64,000 nucleotides of DNA from a virus. Lineage: Duplodnaviria; Heunggongvirae; Uroviricota; Caudoviricetes. Where the stretch lies: IMG/VR virus record IMGVR_UViG_3300025162_001855; one strand, written 5' to 3'. Position numbers and translations under genes: made by a program. The notes beneath the pieces are model-generated. The model was not told the DNA's origin. It saw only the letters and a list, made by a program, of their open reading frames with translations, and searched no databases. Position 1 is the stretch's first letter. Each line of letters opens with the position of its first letter. This document shows, piece after piece, positions 26,748 to 36,277 of this stretch.

Positions 26748-27431
26748 TTATTTCTTCGACTTTGCTAGCTTTTCTTTCTTTCTGGCAATGACACACTTTG
26801 GGCAAGCATGACCATCTTTGATAAGGTTCCACTTACCATGCTTTTCACAATTACGATCTGCTTTCCTGGAGAGCTTTTCTGAATCGGTCTCTTCCTTAAC
26901 CTTCTTCTTGGATGACTTCTTGGCTTCGGTTACTCGATTGGCTTTCTTGGTTGCTGCAATCTTGCGCTCCAACGATTCCATCATGGCCTTCATTCGGTTA
27001 ATGCGGGATTCGCGCTTACCACGACCAAGTGGCTCATCACCGCCGGCGGCTGTATCGGCTGCTGGTGCTTCTTCATCACCCAAATCCGGAATGTTATCAC
27101 CAACCGGTACGCCCATATTATCTGGGGTCGACATTGGCATTGCTGCATCACCGGCAATAGCAAGTGCTGCCTGGTCAACTTGCGTCTGTGCTTGGTTGAC
27201 TGCTTGGATGGCAGCATCGAGTGCGGGATCAACTGTGCTGACGAAATGATCAGCAGTTTCATTGTCCATTGCTCCGCGAATGCTTTCCTTTAGGGCCGGG
27301 AGGTCTTCAACCTTGAGCTTGGTTAAATCCTGCACCATTGTGAGCAGTTGATCAACAAGATCGCGTGCTGCAAGGGCGAGTTGGGCTTTTTCTAGCTCGC
27401 CTTCTAGTAATGTTTTAATTGACTTGGCCAT
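26748..27431 (-). CDS. putative prohead core/scaffold-like protein
   Basis: helical N-terminus, acidic linker, basic tail; TAAATA and RBS upstream. Confidence 0.55.
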   Translation of the reverse strand: MAKSIKTLLEGELEKAQLALAARDLVDQLLTMVQDLTKLKVEDLPALKESIRGAMDNETADHFVSTVDPALDAAIQAVNQAQTQVDQAALAIAGDAAMPMSTPDNMGVPVGDNIPDLGDEEAPAADTAAGGDEPLGRGKRESRINRMKAMMESLERKIAATKKANRVTEAKKSSKKKVKEETDSEKLSRKADRNCEKHGKWNLIKDGHACPKCVIARKKEKLAKSKK

Positions 27432-27463
27432 TGACGGTAATCCTCAAATATAATGTATTTAGC

Positions 27464-27646
27464 TCAATTTGGCTTTTTGTCGTCGACTGGCGCCTTTGGC
27501 GGTGGCAACGGTATTGGCTTTAATTCAAGTGGCGGGCGCATCAAAATCTCCGGCTCTTCGGGTAATGTTGCCTGCGGGATAAGCAATGGTTTTGGCTGAC
27601 AGCCAGTTAATCCAAGTAGTAAAATTAATGCGATTATGTATTTCAT
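27464..27646 (-). CDS. o-spanin (Rz1-like lipoprotein)
   Basis: lipobox LTG-C, Pro-rich mature part, follows the i-spanin. Confidence 0.75.
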   Translation of the reverse strand: MKYIIALILLLGLTGCQPKPLLIPQATLPEEPEILMRPPLELKPIPLPPPKAPVDDKKPN

Positions 27647-28188
27647 TTTTTGGATCCTGCAATAGCTGCATTGAGCTTGATAATTGTTGCCTTTAATTGT
27701 ACCAGGTAACTTTGCATAGATTCAATCTGAGCAATGTTTGCACGGCAACTCGAGTTATTATCGACTATAGTTACCAATCCCGTATTATCCATTACACCCG
27801 ATGAGGTGGGATCAGCAGCCAATGTTTGATCGGCATCTTTACCCAAAGCACTGGAATTGTAGAGATATACCCAACCATTCGATAATTCGTGCTGTGCCGG
27901 GACAACCTGCGTGGCTTGTTGCACATATACTGTTCGGTGTTTTTCAACAGTTACGATCTTATCAACATATTGGGTTACTACCCGTTCTTTTATGTTGGTT
28001 TTTTCCTTGTCCAGCGCAATTTGTAAATCGTCGGCTTTAGACTTAAATTGGGCAACCTGTAACTTCCCCTCGGCAGTACCGTTATGATACCCCCAATAAT
28101 ACAATCCACCAATAATAGCTGCTGTCAGCAGCGCCACTGCCACCCATTTAGCCCAGGGTGGTACTATAACACCTGTTAATAATCCCAT
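27643..28188 (-). CDS. i-spanin (Rz-like)
   Basis: N-terminal TM, coiled coil, C-terminal Cys (CRANIAQ). Confidence 0.72.
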   Translation of the reverse strand: MGLLTGVIVPPWAKWVAVALLTAAIIGGLYYWGYHNGTAEGKLQVAQFKSKADDLQIALDKEKTNIKERVVTQYVDKIVTVEKHRTVYVQQATQVVPAQHELSNGWVYLYNSSALGKDADQTLAADPTSSGVMDNTGLVTIVDNNSSCRANIAQIESMQSYLVQLKATIIKLNAAIAGSKK

Positions 28189-28189
28189 A

Positions 28190-28582
28190 TTAAAACAATG
28201 CGAAAACAGCCTTCGATAACTGACGCATTGCCTCCTTGTAACGATCTTCGGCTTGTTGCCTCTTTGCCCCGAGAGATTCATTTAGCCGTGAGGCCTGTGC
28301 AACAGATTGCATATGATTATGTGCCAATCCAACTGCATGATCTAAGGTTAATATCTTATCCGCCATCCAAGGAGAATCGTTTGTTAAGCATTTGGCATAA
28401 CCCATAGCACCCATTCTGGTACTAAGCCAAATAGATACATTGGGTCCGATTATTTCCCAAGTATTATCGCCAGCTGATTCGATCTTGAATGGACCCACTT
28501 TGATGTATCTGGCTGTATCTTCTAGATAATCAACCAAATCCAATTTATCCATAATCAGCTTAACGGCGGCAACTTTACTCAT
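28190..28582 (-). CDS. hypothetical protein
   Basis: coupled ORF. Confidence 0.65.
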   Translation of the reverse strand: MSKVAAVKLIMDKLDLVDYLEDTARYIKVGPFKIESAGDNTWEIIGPNVSIWLSTRMGAMGYAKCLTNDSPWMADKILTLDHAVGLAHNHMQSVAQASRLNESLGAKRQQAEDRYKEAMRQLSKAVFALF

Positions 28583-28740
28583 TGGACCAAACCTTTTTGT
28601 TGTAGGCGGCGAAGGATAACTTCTTTTTCTCTCTCGTTTAATTTATCCTTCGAGACACCATCTTTCAACTTTTTCAATAGGTGCTTTTCTTCGTTGGACA
28701 GGAAAAGGGTAATACCGTCAGTAACCTCAAATAGTTTCAT
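28579..28740 (-). CDS. 53-aa protein not in track (MKLFEVTDGITLFLSNEE...)
   Basis: ATGA-coupled on both sides. Confidence 0.65.
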   Translation of the reverse strand: MKLFEVTDGITLFLSNEEKHLLKKLKDGVSKDKLNEREKEVILRRLQQKGLVQ

Positions 28741-29099
28741 AGCAGTCCTAATTTGGATATGGCCGGGCCAAGTTTGGTGATAATCATAGTGAGCAGGCCC
28801 AAAAGCCCAACCACAACGGTTGCGGTACTAGTAATAACGGCAGTTTTTAACGCCCTGTTTTCTTTGGAAGTCTCTTCGCGCATCTCTCTAATTTCGCGAA
28901 GATGTTCTTCACGCATTAACTTGAGCTCAGAAGCTATTTCGGAATCCTTGCGATCAACTTTGGTTGCCAAGGTATCGATTTTTTCATCAACTGCTTCTAG
29001 CCTATCATTCATTCGACGAGACCGCTCGTGCGCCATCTCAACATGAGCTTCTAAGTTTTCGCGCTCGATATCCGCTGTAAAAGCGCGATCTTGTGCCAT
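28737..29099 (-). CDS. coiled-coil protein with C-terminal TM (holin/antiholin-like candidate)
   Basis: topology and proximity to spanins; AGGAG RBS. Confidence 0.45.
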   Translation of the reverse strand: MAQDRAFTADIERENLEAHVEMAHERSRRMNDRLEAVDEKIDTLATKVDRKDSEIASELKLMREEHLREIREMREETSKENRALKTAVITSTATVVVGLLGLLTMIITKLGPAISKLGLL

Positions 29100-29135
29100 A
29101 GTTGCTCCTTAAACAAGTGTGTCATCCTATGTTAT

Positions 29136-29420
29136 TTATACGATTGGTTCCAGTTTTAGGAGCAATGACGCATCAGTTGGTTCACTATTGTGGAAGATCA
29201 CTAATGATGCAAGATCGTGTTTCAAAAATTCTAAATCATCCCCCCAATATTCTGGACGTTCGAGAAGTAATACAACCTCCCAATTTGCATCAACTGCTGT
29301 TATGGATTTAACTTCAATTTGACTTCGAAGTCCGGCAGCTATTAATAGGAGATTTAGATTCTTTCTTCCGTGTGGGGTCGATGGATCTAAGGTAAATGTG
29401 GTTGTTATTTTTACGAGCAT
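29136..29420 (-). CDS. hypothetical protein
   Basis: in-line ORF. Confidence 0.55.
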   Translation of the reverse strand: MLVKITTTFTLDPSTPHGRKNLNLLLIAAGLRSQIEVKSITAVDANWEVVLLLERPEYWGDDLEFLKHDLASLVIFHNSEPTDASLLLKLEPIV

Positions 29421-29450
29421 ACACTATCTATGACTGTACGTTGGTCACCC

Positions 29451-29480
29451 AAAAAGAAAGGGCCTTTCGACCCTTTCTTT
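29451..29480 (-). terminator. intrinsic terminator
   Basis: AAAGAAAGGG/CCCTTTCTTT stem with U tract. Confidence 0.75.
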
Positions 29481-29504
29481 AGTTCTTCAACATCAAGTCG
29501 CTTA

Positions 29505-29906
29505 TTAGGCGAGCTGGAATGTCTTGGCTGTGACAGTCGCAAGCGACAAGTCAACTGGTGTGTTCGAACCAGTGTAACCCAATGCACGAATTGCTGTTTG
29601 CAATGCGCTTGTGTCAAGTGCTCCGGATCCGCCGAGGCTTTCTACTGCAAAGCTCTGACCGGTTACCGAACCAGCAAATCCACCAACGTTGAACAATGGA
29701 CCAATGTACGAAAGTGTTACAGTCTGCTCAATTGTCTTGAGGACTGATTGCTGTGCGTCATATGGGCCGTCTGCCAATGTTAGGTCCTGGGTACCGGTTG
29801 TACCGGCGTAACCAACTGTGAAAAACTGTAGTGATGCACCCTGAAGGTTTGTGCTAGTAACGGTTGTTACTGGATGTACCTTTGGTGTGCCTGGTGCTGT
29901 TGCCAT
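29505..29906 (-). CDS. putative virion (head decoration-type) protein
   Basis: Thr/Gly/Ala-rich; TAAATA, leader hairpin, AGGAG RBS, own terminator. Confidence 0.6.
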   Translation of the reverse strand: MATAPGTPKVHPVTTVTSTNLQGASLQFFTVGYAGTTGTQDLTLADGPYDAQQSVLKTIEQTVTLSYIGPLFNVGGFAGSVTGQSFAVESLGGSGALDTSALQTAIRALGYTGSNTPVDLSLATVTAKTFQLA

Positions 29907-29985
29907 AATCTTAATCTCCTAGTATAATGCGACCCGGATCTCTCCGAGTTCGTAATTGTATTTAGTCCGGACGTCAAAATATGGG

Positions 29986-30624
29986 TTATTTTGCCATCCT
30001 TTTGCCCAATTCGTAGCTTGCCCAAGCTAGCGCACCAACTTTAAGTGCCCAACCCAGGAAACCACGTGTGGCCCCGCTCTTGCCCTTGGTTTTTGCTACA
30101 TCTAGCATATCACCGCTGGCTCCAAATGGCGCGTAATATCGTGCCATATCTCCCATTAACTGTTCGCGTTGTGATGGTGACAATGCTTCATAGTCACCAA
30201 TGCGACGACGTAATCCGGTAAGCAACGAATCACTAATGTCAAAACTACGTTGAGCATCCATTGTAAACTTAGCATAGTCACCGGCTTGACCGCGCCCATT
30301 GCTAATATCTCTTAGGAGCTTCTGTAGTAAGGTGACGTTTATTGTGCCTCTACTAATCTTTAATTTGCTGCGATAATTTGACGAGTTTAGTGCGGTTGCA
30401 GAATTGTACAAATCTGTTCCAAACATACGCCAGCTGTCAAAAGACCCACTGGATAATGTTTTGGCTGCGTAATCCCTTGCTGTTGATTCATGCTGGAACA
30501 TTAATGCAGCGCCAAGCTCGAGGAAAAGTAAACGCATAACTTCGGCGGGAGTAACTTTATATAGTTGACCCTCACGGCTTAGTGCCCGTCCTTCATCTAG
30601 CTGTTGTAGAAACTCTAATTCCAT
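29986..30624 (-). CDS. putative virion protein
   Basis: start MELEFLQQLDE, 4 nt after CTAAATA. Confidence 0.65.
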   Translation of the reverse strand: MELEFLQQLDEGRALSREGQLYKVTPAEVMRLLFLELGAALMFQHESTARDYAAKTLSSGSFDSWRMFGTDLYNSATALNSSNYRSKLKISRGTINVTLLQKLLRDISNGRGQAGDYAKFTMDAQRSFDISDSLLTGLRRRIGDYEALSPSQREQLMGDMARYYAPFGASGDMLDVAKTKGKSGATRGFLGWALKVGALAWASYELGKRMAK

Positions 30625-30631
30625 ATTGTAT

Positions 30632-31063
30632 TTAGCGCATATACCGTAGGATTGTCGAAACTGAATTTTTGTCTCCAAGCAATCTAGCTAAGCCGGGGTG
30701 TAATGGTTTGGGCCATTGTCCCCAATCAACCCACATATGAGCCTCGGATTCATACAAATCGAGCATCGGGGTAAATTCGTGATTGATTATAGCCAGAAAA
30801 TTATGGTAAACAAAACTATTGTGATCATCCCTGTATACGAGCAACGGTGTTAGTTTATCGATTCCGCTAAATCCTGTTTCTTCAAGGACTTCTCGATACA
30901 CGGTTTGCTTTGGCGTTTCATCTGGATCCATATTACCGCCCCAGGTACTCCATGTTCCCGGATAGCGCATAAATTCACTGCGCTTGCACAAACAAATTCT
31001 ATTGGTAATTGTCGAAAGAATGATACACCCGGCGGCCCGATAAGTTATCTCACTCGTTTTCAT
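30632..31063 (-). CDS. Nudix hydrolase
   Basis: WGGNMDPDETPKQTVYREVLEETG Nudix box. Confidence 0.9.
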   Translation of the reverse strand: MKTSEITYRAAGCIILSTITNRICLCKRSEFMRYPGTWSTWGGNMDPDETPKQTVYREVLEETGFSGIDKLTPLLVYRDDHNSFVYHNFLAIINHEFTPMLDLYESEAHMWVDWGQWPKPLHPGLARLLGDKNSVSTILRYMR

Positions 31064-31325
31064 TGGTCCTCAACTGTTCAATTGCGGCTGCAACAGTGTC
31101 GAGTGTGTTCTTTAACTGACGAATGTTATACGCCGCGGCCTTGTACGCATCATCGGTCTGAGCTTCTAAATCTCGGGCCAACTGCAATGCTTCTTTACGG
31201 GCCTTAAGTTTGAGCATCTTAAGGCTGTAAGATCCTGCCCCACCAAGAACCCGAACAGTTGAATTGTCCGGATTAGTGGGGTCAGTCTTTAGTATAACAT
31301 TCTCTTCGAATATTGTCGATCTCAT
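31050..31325 (-). CDS. hypothetical protein
   Basis: coupled ORF. Confidence 0.65.
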   Translation of the reverse strand: MRSTIFEENVILKTDPTNPDNSTVRVLGGAGSYSLKMLKLKARKEALQLARDLEAQTDDAYKAAAYNIRQLKNTLDTVAAAIEQLRTNENE

Positions 31326-31903
31326 TGTGGTTTCTTTTGTCCCGATAGAACTTTGAGTGATTCAACGTCCAATTTGACATTCTTACCTTCGTACAACTGT
31401 GCTTCTACTTTCGAATACACATACTCACCATCATCACTAAGTTCGTTAAGTTCTTCGTCTGTTAATGGTGTGCCATCAGTGAAGAGGGCATGGGAAATAT
31501 ATGCATCGCAAAAATCGGGATAATCTTTCATATCAACCCCATCAACTTCAACAGATGAGTCGTCAACTTGCTTGCCGTTAATAGTTGGTCCAGACTTCAC
31601 TGGTACCCCGGTGTTTGCTTCGGTGTCGTTATCAAAATGATCGTCCCAATTTTCAGTTTCATCAACCATTGCATCGCCGACACCCGGATGGCCCTGTGCC
31701 TTCAATTGGCGGTCGGCTGTTGCCTGTGAGATAAGTCCTTTCTTGAGATTGTGCAAGATTGACTTAATAGCGTGCTCACCCGATGCCTTCTTATCCCGGT
31801 TAACCGAGAGGCGCGAGTAGTGTGGATCATCAGATGGTGTATCTAGATGTGATCCGTAATGCTCGTCAAGTACTTCTTCGAGTAATCCTTGTTTCTTTGC
31901 CAT
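31322..31903 (-). CDS. acidic modular hypothetical protein
   Basis: AGGA RBS; VDGVDMKDYPDFCDAYI module. Confidence 0.7.
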   Translation of the reverse strand: MAKKQGLLEEVLDEHYGSHLDTPSDDPHYSRLSVNRDKKASGEHAIKSILHNLKKGLISQATADRQLKAQGHPGVGDAMVDETENWDDHFDNDTEANTGVPVKSGPTINGKQVDDSSVEVDGVDMKDYPDFCDAYISHALFTDGTPLTDEELNELSDDGEYVYSKVEAQLYEGKNVKLDVESLKVLSGQKKPQ

Positions 31904-31958
31904 GTTCTAATCCTTTAATTAAACTGCGGGGTGATTAGCCCCGCAGTGTACGCTCTTA

Positions 31959-33044
31959 TTAAGCGGTTTCGAGTAACGCTTCGCCGGGTTGCAATGGATA
32001 TGTTGTCTGTACATACCACTTGTACTTGTCGTCTGCCGTGTAGGTGTAGACAAAGTTTGTGGTCAACTTTCTTGCATATTCCGTGGCACCTGTCCCCGAT
32101 GGAGCAAACAATACTGATGGTAGAGCTGCTGCCGGAGCATATGTACCTGGCGTTAGTATTGTAGCACCTGTGATCGAGCCTGCTACGATTATTGGATTAC
32201 CTGTTGCTGGCGAACCACCACCAAAGGTAACGTATGCACCCAAGTAGTCCTGACCGTTTGCGCTCATTACCACACTACCAACTCCATAGCTAGTGATGTT
32301 CAATGTTGCGCCCGTGCCAGTTGCCGACGTGGTTGCTGTTGCTGCTGGGTTTGCTGGTGTAACTGTCATTGCACCTGCTGTTAGAATGGTGACACCATTT
32401 ACACCCCATGTGAATGTAAACGTCGGTGTACCTGTTCCGGGGCCGCTGTGACTGCTTGGTGAGACTGGGTTAGCTGGAATTGCTGTGAAGCGAATGCCTG
32501 CATTGCTAATCGACTGCACACCGGTAACTGCACCTGCTGCTGCTGTAACTACGATGACTGTATCGGTACCACCGGCATTTGTAATAGTAACAGTGTCACC
32601 AGTTGTCCAACCTGCTGTACCCGCACCCGATGCCAATACTGCTGTACGAGCCTTAACGCTTGTGACGCTAAACACTGTGCTGGTGCCAGTTGCACCGGAT
32701 AATGTTAATTGATCATTGATGTCATAGCTACCACCTGTTCCACTTGTGCCGATGCTTGTTACAGCATTGGCTGTGAAGCGTGCTGCACCAGTTGCGCCCG
32801 AACCCGATTGTCCTGAACCATAAGGAAATACCTTAAGGGTCATTTCACCATCGTTAGCAGGTGTAGCACCAACAAGCAAGCAAACTGCCGGGTGTGTTCC
32901 ATCAGTTACCAAAAACTTACGTTCGCCGCGTGCGCGAACAATGTACCCGGTGTAATTTACACCACCTGTACGGTATGTAACTTGAATCTGCTGTCCAGCA
33001 GTTACCAAGTCACCAAAGAATTTCTTTTTAATCGGTCTTCCCAT
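31959..33044 (-). CDS. virion protein, MGRP family, long form with Gly/Thr/Ala-rich insert
   Basis: N- and C-termini colinear with 33060-33425. Confidence 0.75.
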   Translation of the reverse strand: MGRPIKKKFFGDLVTAGQQIQVTYRTGGVNYTGYIVRARGERKFLVTDGTHPAVCLLVGATPANDGEMTLKVFPYGSGQSGSGATGAARFTANAVTSIGTSGTGGSYDINDQLTLSGATGTSTVFSVTSVKARTAVLASGAGTAGWTTGDTVTITNAGGTDTVIVVTAAAGAVTGVQSISNAGIRFTAIPANPVSPSSHSGPGTGTPTFTFTWGVNGVTILTAGAMTVTPANPAATATTSATGTGATLNITSYGVGSVVMSANGQDYLGAYVTFGGGSPATGNPIIVAGSITGATILTPGTYAPAAALPSVLFAPSGTGATEYARKLTTNFVYTYTADDKYKWYVQTTYPLQPGEALLETA

Positions 33045-33059
33045 GTTCGTAATCTCCTA

Positions 33060-33425
33060 TTATGCTGTTTCGATGTTAGCTTCGCTATTCAACGTTGTTG
33101 AGGCGCCAGTAACGTACCACTTGTACTTGTTATCCGATGTCCAAGTGTAGACGTAGTTCATTGTGATCTTTCTTGCCCACTCTGTACCACCAGCATGTGG
33201 AGAAACCTTAAGAGTCATTTCACCGTCATTTGACGGCGAGGTGTTTACTAAACGGCAGACTGCTGTAACAGCACTGGATTGATCGTGTACTAAGAACTTG
33301 CGTGTGCCGCGTGCTCGCACGATATAACCGGTATATGATACACCACCTGTATTGAATGTTACTTTGATTGTTTGTCCCGGGCCAGTGAGGGCGCCAAAGA
33401 ACGAATCCTTGATTGGTCTTCCCAT
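33060..33425 (-). CDS. virion protein, MGRP family, short form
   Basis: TAAATA, structured leader and AGGAG RBS. Confidence 0.75.
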   Translation of the reverse strand: MGRPIKDSFFGALTGPGQTIKVTFNTGGVSYTGYIVRARGTRKFLVHDQSSAVTAVCRLVNTSPSNDGEMTLKVSPHAGGTEWARKITMNYVYTWTSDNKYKWYVTGASTTLNSEANIETA

Positions 33426-33620
33426 TTGTTTATCTCCTGTGTTAATCGTTCTAAGATCTACGCAGCGGGTTACTGCATAAGTCGTAATTTACGATAATGT
33501 ATTTAGCTTTTCCTGTCGAATTCTTGGGGTTATTTTGCTTCTAGACTAAGTAATATACCGTTGCGCTGCCGTGACAGTTAAGTAAAAGAAAAGACACGAT
33601 AACCAGGAGATTTCAAGTCC

Positions 33621-34805
33621 ATGTCAACTACCCTACCTTCATTATACCAAGATTTCATTCATATTAGCAGATACGCCCGTTTTAACGATGCTTTAGGGCG
33701 TCGAGAAACGTGGGAAGAGACGGTGGACAGATACATTACGTTTTTCCAGAATAAAGTTCAAAATGGTAAGAAGGTACCGTGGGAAGAGTTAAGAACCGCT
33801 ATATTGAATTTGGAAGTCATGCCATCAATGCGATGCTTAATGACAGCTGGACCTGCACTAGAGAAGGACCAAGTAGCCGGATACAATTGCTCGTATATCG
33901 CCGTTGACAATTCAAAGTCGTTTGACGAGATCATGTACATCTTGATGTGTTTTCATCCCGATACACTTGTCAAAACCCGAAATGGTCCGGTTGCTATATC
34001 ATCTATGCAGATTGGAGACGAAGTGTTATCGTATAACGAAGTAACAAAAAACTTTGTCTGGCGTCCTATTACTAATGTAGTAGAAACACCATCCGCCCAT
34101 TTAGAAAAAGTGAAAATAACATTAGAAAATGGTCAAGAGATTTTGTGTACATCAAATCATAAATGGTTGACTGAAAATCGTGGTTGGATAGAGGCCGGCA
34201 ATCTTACCGTCGACGATGATCTAATAGCTCCGAAATTTGTAGTATACAAGAGCACTAACACAAATAATCAAAAAAGTTATGTTGGTTATACGTCCAAGAC
34301 CGTAAGGGGTAGGTTTATCCAACACCTCGCCGAAGCACGGAGCAACAGTGGTAAGTATTCCTCCCATTTTCATCGTGCTATTAGAAAACACGGAGAAGTC
34401 TGTTGGAATAACGAAATACTTGACTACGCATATACTAGAGAAGAAGCAAAACAAAAGGAAAAGGATTGGATTGTTTTATTAGACAGTAAAGAAAACGGAT
34501 ATAATTCTTCAAATGGCGGGGACGGTGGGGGCAATACTTGGTCCGAAGAAGCAAAACAAAAAGCTCGGGAAAATTCTTATGAGCGAACCGAAGAACATCG
34601 GACAAAACAAGCAGAAGTAATTAAGAAGGCTCATATAAAAATACACGAGACTAGAAAAACTGAAAAATACCGAGAAGCACAGCGTTTGCGAAATCTAGGA
34701 TCAAATAATCCTAGATATGGATGTACTGCTACCGAAGAAGAACGCAGAATCAAAAGTGAACAGGCTAAGGCAAGAACCAGATCGGCAACAGGGAGATTTG
34801 TATGA
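33621..34805 (+). CDS. nrdJ: class II ribonucleotide reductase part 1 (109 aa) fused to split-intein N half and a GIY-YIG endonuclease
   Basis: RYAR..RRETWEETVDR, MPSMR, YNCSY; ILM|CFHPDT junction at 33948. Confidence 0.9.
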   Translation: MSTTLPSLYQDFIHISRYARFNDALGRRETWEETVDRYITFFQNKVQNGKKVPWEELRTAILNLEVMPSMRCLMTAGPALEKDQVAGYNCSYIAVDNSKSFDEIMYILMCFHPDTLVKTRNGPVAISSMQIGDEVLSYNEVTKNFVWRPITNVVETPSAHLEKVKITLENGQEILCTSNHKWLTENRGWIEAGNLTVDDDLIAPKFVVYKSTNTNNQKSYVGYTSKTVRGRFIQHLAEARSNSGKYSSHFHRAIRKHGEVCWNNEILDYAYTREEAKQKEKDWIVLLDSKENGYNSSNGGDGGGNTWSEEAKQKARENSYERTEEHRTKQAEVIKKAHIKIHETRKTEKYREAQRLRNLGSNNPRYGCTATEEERRIKSEQAKARTRSATGRFV

Positions 34806-34909
34806 AAATTACCAAATTAGAAAAAATTCAAGATAATCAAAATTATTTTGATATTACAGTACAGGATACACATAACTTTGTGCTTGAAAATGGGTCAGTT
34901 GTCCATAAT
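33948..34909 (+). mobile_element. split intein 1: IntN (33948 to about 34230) plus fused GIY-YIG/NUMOD3; IntC 36 aa (34802-34909)
   Basis: Cys1 CFHPDT, block B CTSNHKWL, VVYK..YVGYT..RF.QH; IntC MKITK...VHN|C. Confidence 0.9.
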
Positions 34910-36277
34910 TGTGGAACAGGTGTTGGATTCTCTGTTGAATCACGTTATACTAACAAACTACAAGAAGTACCCGACGAGCTGCATGATACCGATACAACAA
35001 TTGTATTCAAGGATAGCAAGATTGGTTGGGCAACCGGATACCGTGAATTTGTATCGTTGCTGTATTCCGGTAAGATTGCGAAGTGGGACGTTTCAAAACT
35101 ACGCCCAGCTGGCGCACGCTTAAAGACATTTGGTGGTCGAGCATCCGGACCAGAACCGATGGTCGATCTTTTGAAGTTTACCCTTAACATTTTTAACAAA
35201 GCCCGTGGACGCAAATTGTCCACATTGGAGTGTCATGACATCGTGTGTAAAATTGCTGATATTGTTGTGTGTGGCGGAGTTCGTCGCTCTGCTCTTATCT
35301 CTCTTAGTGATCTTAATGATGACTATATCCGACATTCCAAGTCAGGAGAATGGTGGACGGGAAACGGTCAACGAGCACTCGCGAATAATAGCGCAGTATA
35401 TGAACAGCGACCGGATATGGCAACATTCATGAATGAATGGGTTGCGCTCTATATGTCGCGATCCGGTGAACGTGGTATCTTCTCTCGCGCAGCATCACAA
35501 GCCGCTGCTGCCAAATATGGACGTCGAGATCCAAAGATGGATTATGGTACCAACCCATGTTCCGAAATTATTCTTCGTCCGTACCAATTCTGTAATCTAT
35601 CGGAAGTTGTTGTTCGTGCAGAGGACAATTTGGAGAGCTTGCAGCGTAAGGTAAGGCTTGCAACCATTCTCGGAACACTACAATCAACACTGTCCGATTT
35701 CCGTTATATCAACAAGCGTTGGAAGAACAATACCGAAGAAGAACGGTTGCTTGGTGTTTCCCTTACCGGTATTATGGATCACAAGATTCTTAATGGATCG
35801 GTATTTGATGACCAAAAGGATGTGTTGGGTAATTGGTTGTCGTCTATGCGCGAAACTGCCGTTAGCACCAATAAAGAATTTGCCAAAGTATTGGGAGTTG
35901 AAGAATCGGCTGCTATTACTTGCGTCAAACCTTCGGGGTGTATGGACAAAGATACAGTCATCAAAACTTCAAAGGGTAACATGACGCTAGAAGAAGTATT
36001 CGAATATTTCGCATACGATTTAACACAATATAACCAAGGAACTTTCCTCACAGCAGGGCATTCGGCAAAGAACTTTGAAGAATTGTTTGTATACGACGAA
36101 AATAATCAATTACAACCTATTACAAAATTGTATGTTAATGGCATGTCAGAGGTTTATGAAATTGAAGATGAAACTGGAAATACCTGGCGGTTCACTGGCG
36201 AACACAAAGTAAAGACACACCGTGGATGGGTGCGGGTCGACGAATTATCAATGGATGACACCATTGTTACATACTAA
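34802..36277 (+). CDS. nrdJ: class II RNR part 2: IntC1 - catalytic core - IntN2
   Basis: VHN|CGTGVGFSVE, RRSALISL, NPCSEI, TCVKPSG|CMDKDT. Confidence 0.92.
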   Translation: MKITKLEKIQDNQNYFDITVQDTHNFVLENGSVVHNCGTGVGFSVESRYTNKLQEVPDELHDTDTTIVFKDSKIGWATGYREFVSLLYSGKIAKWDVSKLRPAGARLKTFGGRASGPEPMVDLLKFTLNIFNKARGRKLSTLECHDIVCKIADIVVCGGVRRSALISLSDLNDDYIRHSKSGEWWTGNGQRALANNSAVYEQRPDMATFMNEWVALYMSRSGERGIFSRAASQAAAAKYGRRDPKMDYGTNPCSEIILRPYQFCNLSEVVVRAEDNLESLQRKVRLATILGTLQSTLSDFRYINKRWKNNTEEERLLGVSLTGIMDHKILNGSVFDDQKDVLGNWLSSMRETAVSTNKEFAKVLGVEESAAITCVKPSGCMDKDTVIKTSKGNMTLEEVFEYFAYDLTQYNQGTFLTAGHSAKNFEELFVYDENNQLQPITKLYVNGMSEVYEIEDETGNTWRFTGEHKVKTHRGWVRVDELSMDDTIVTY

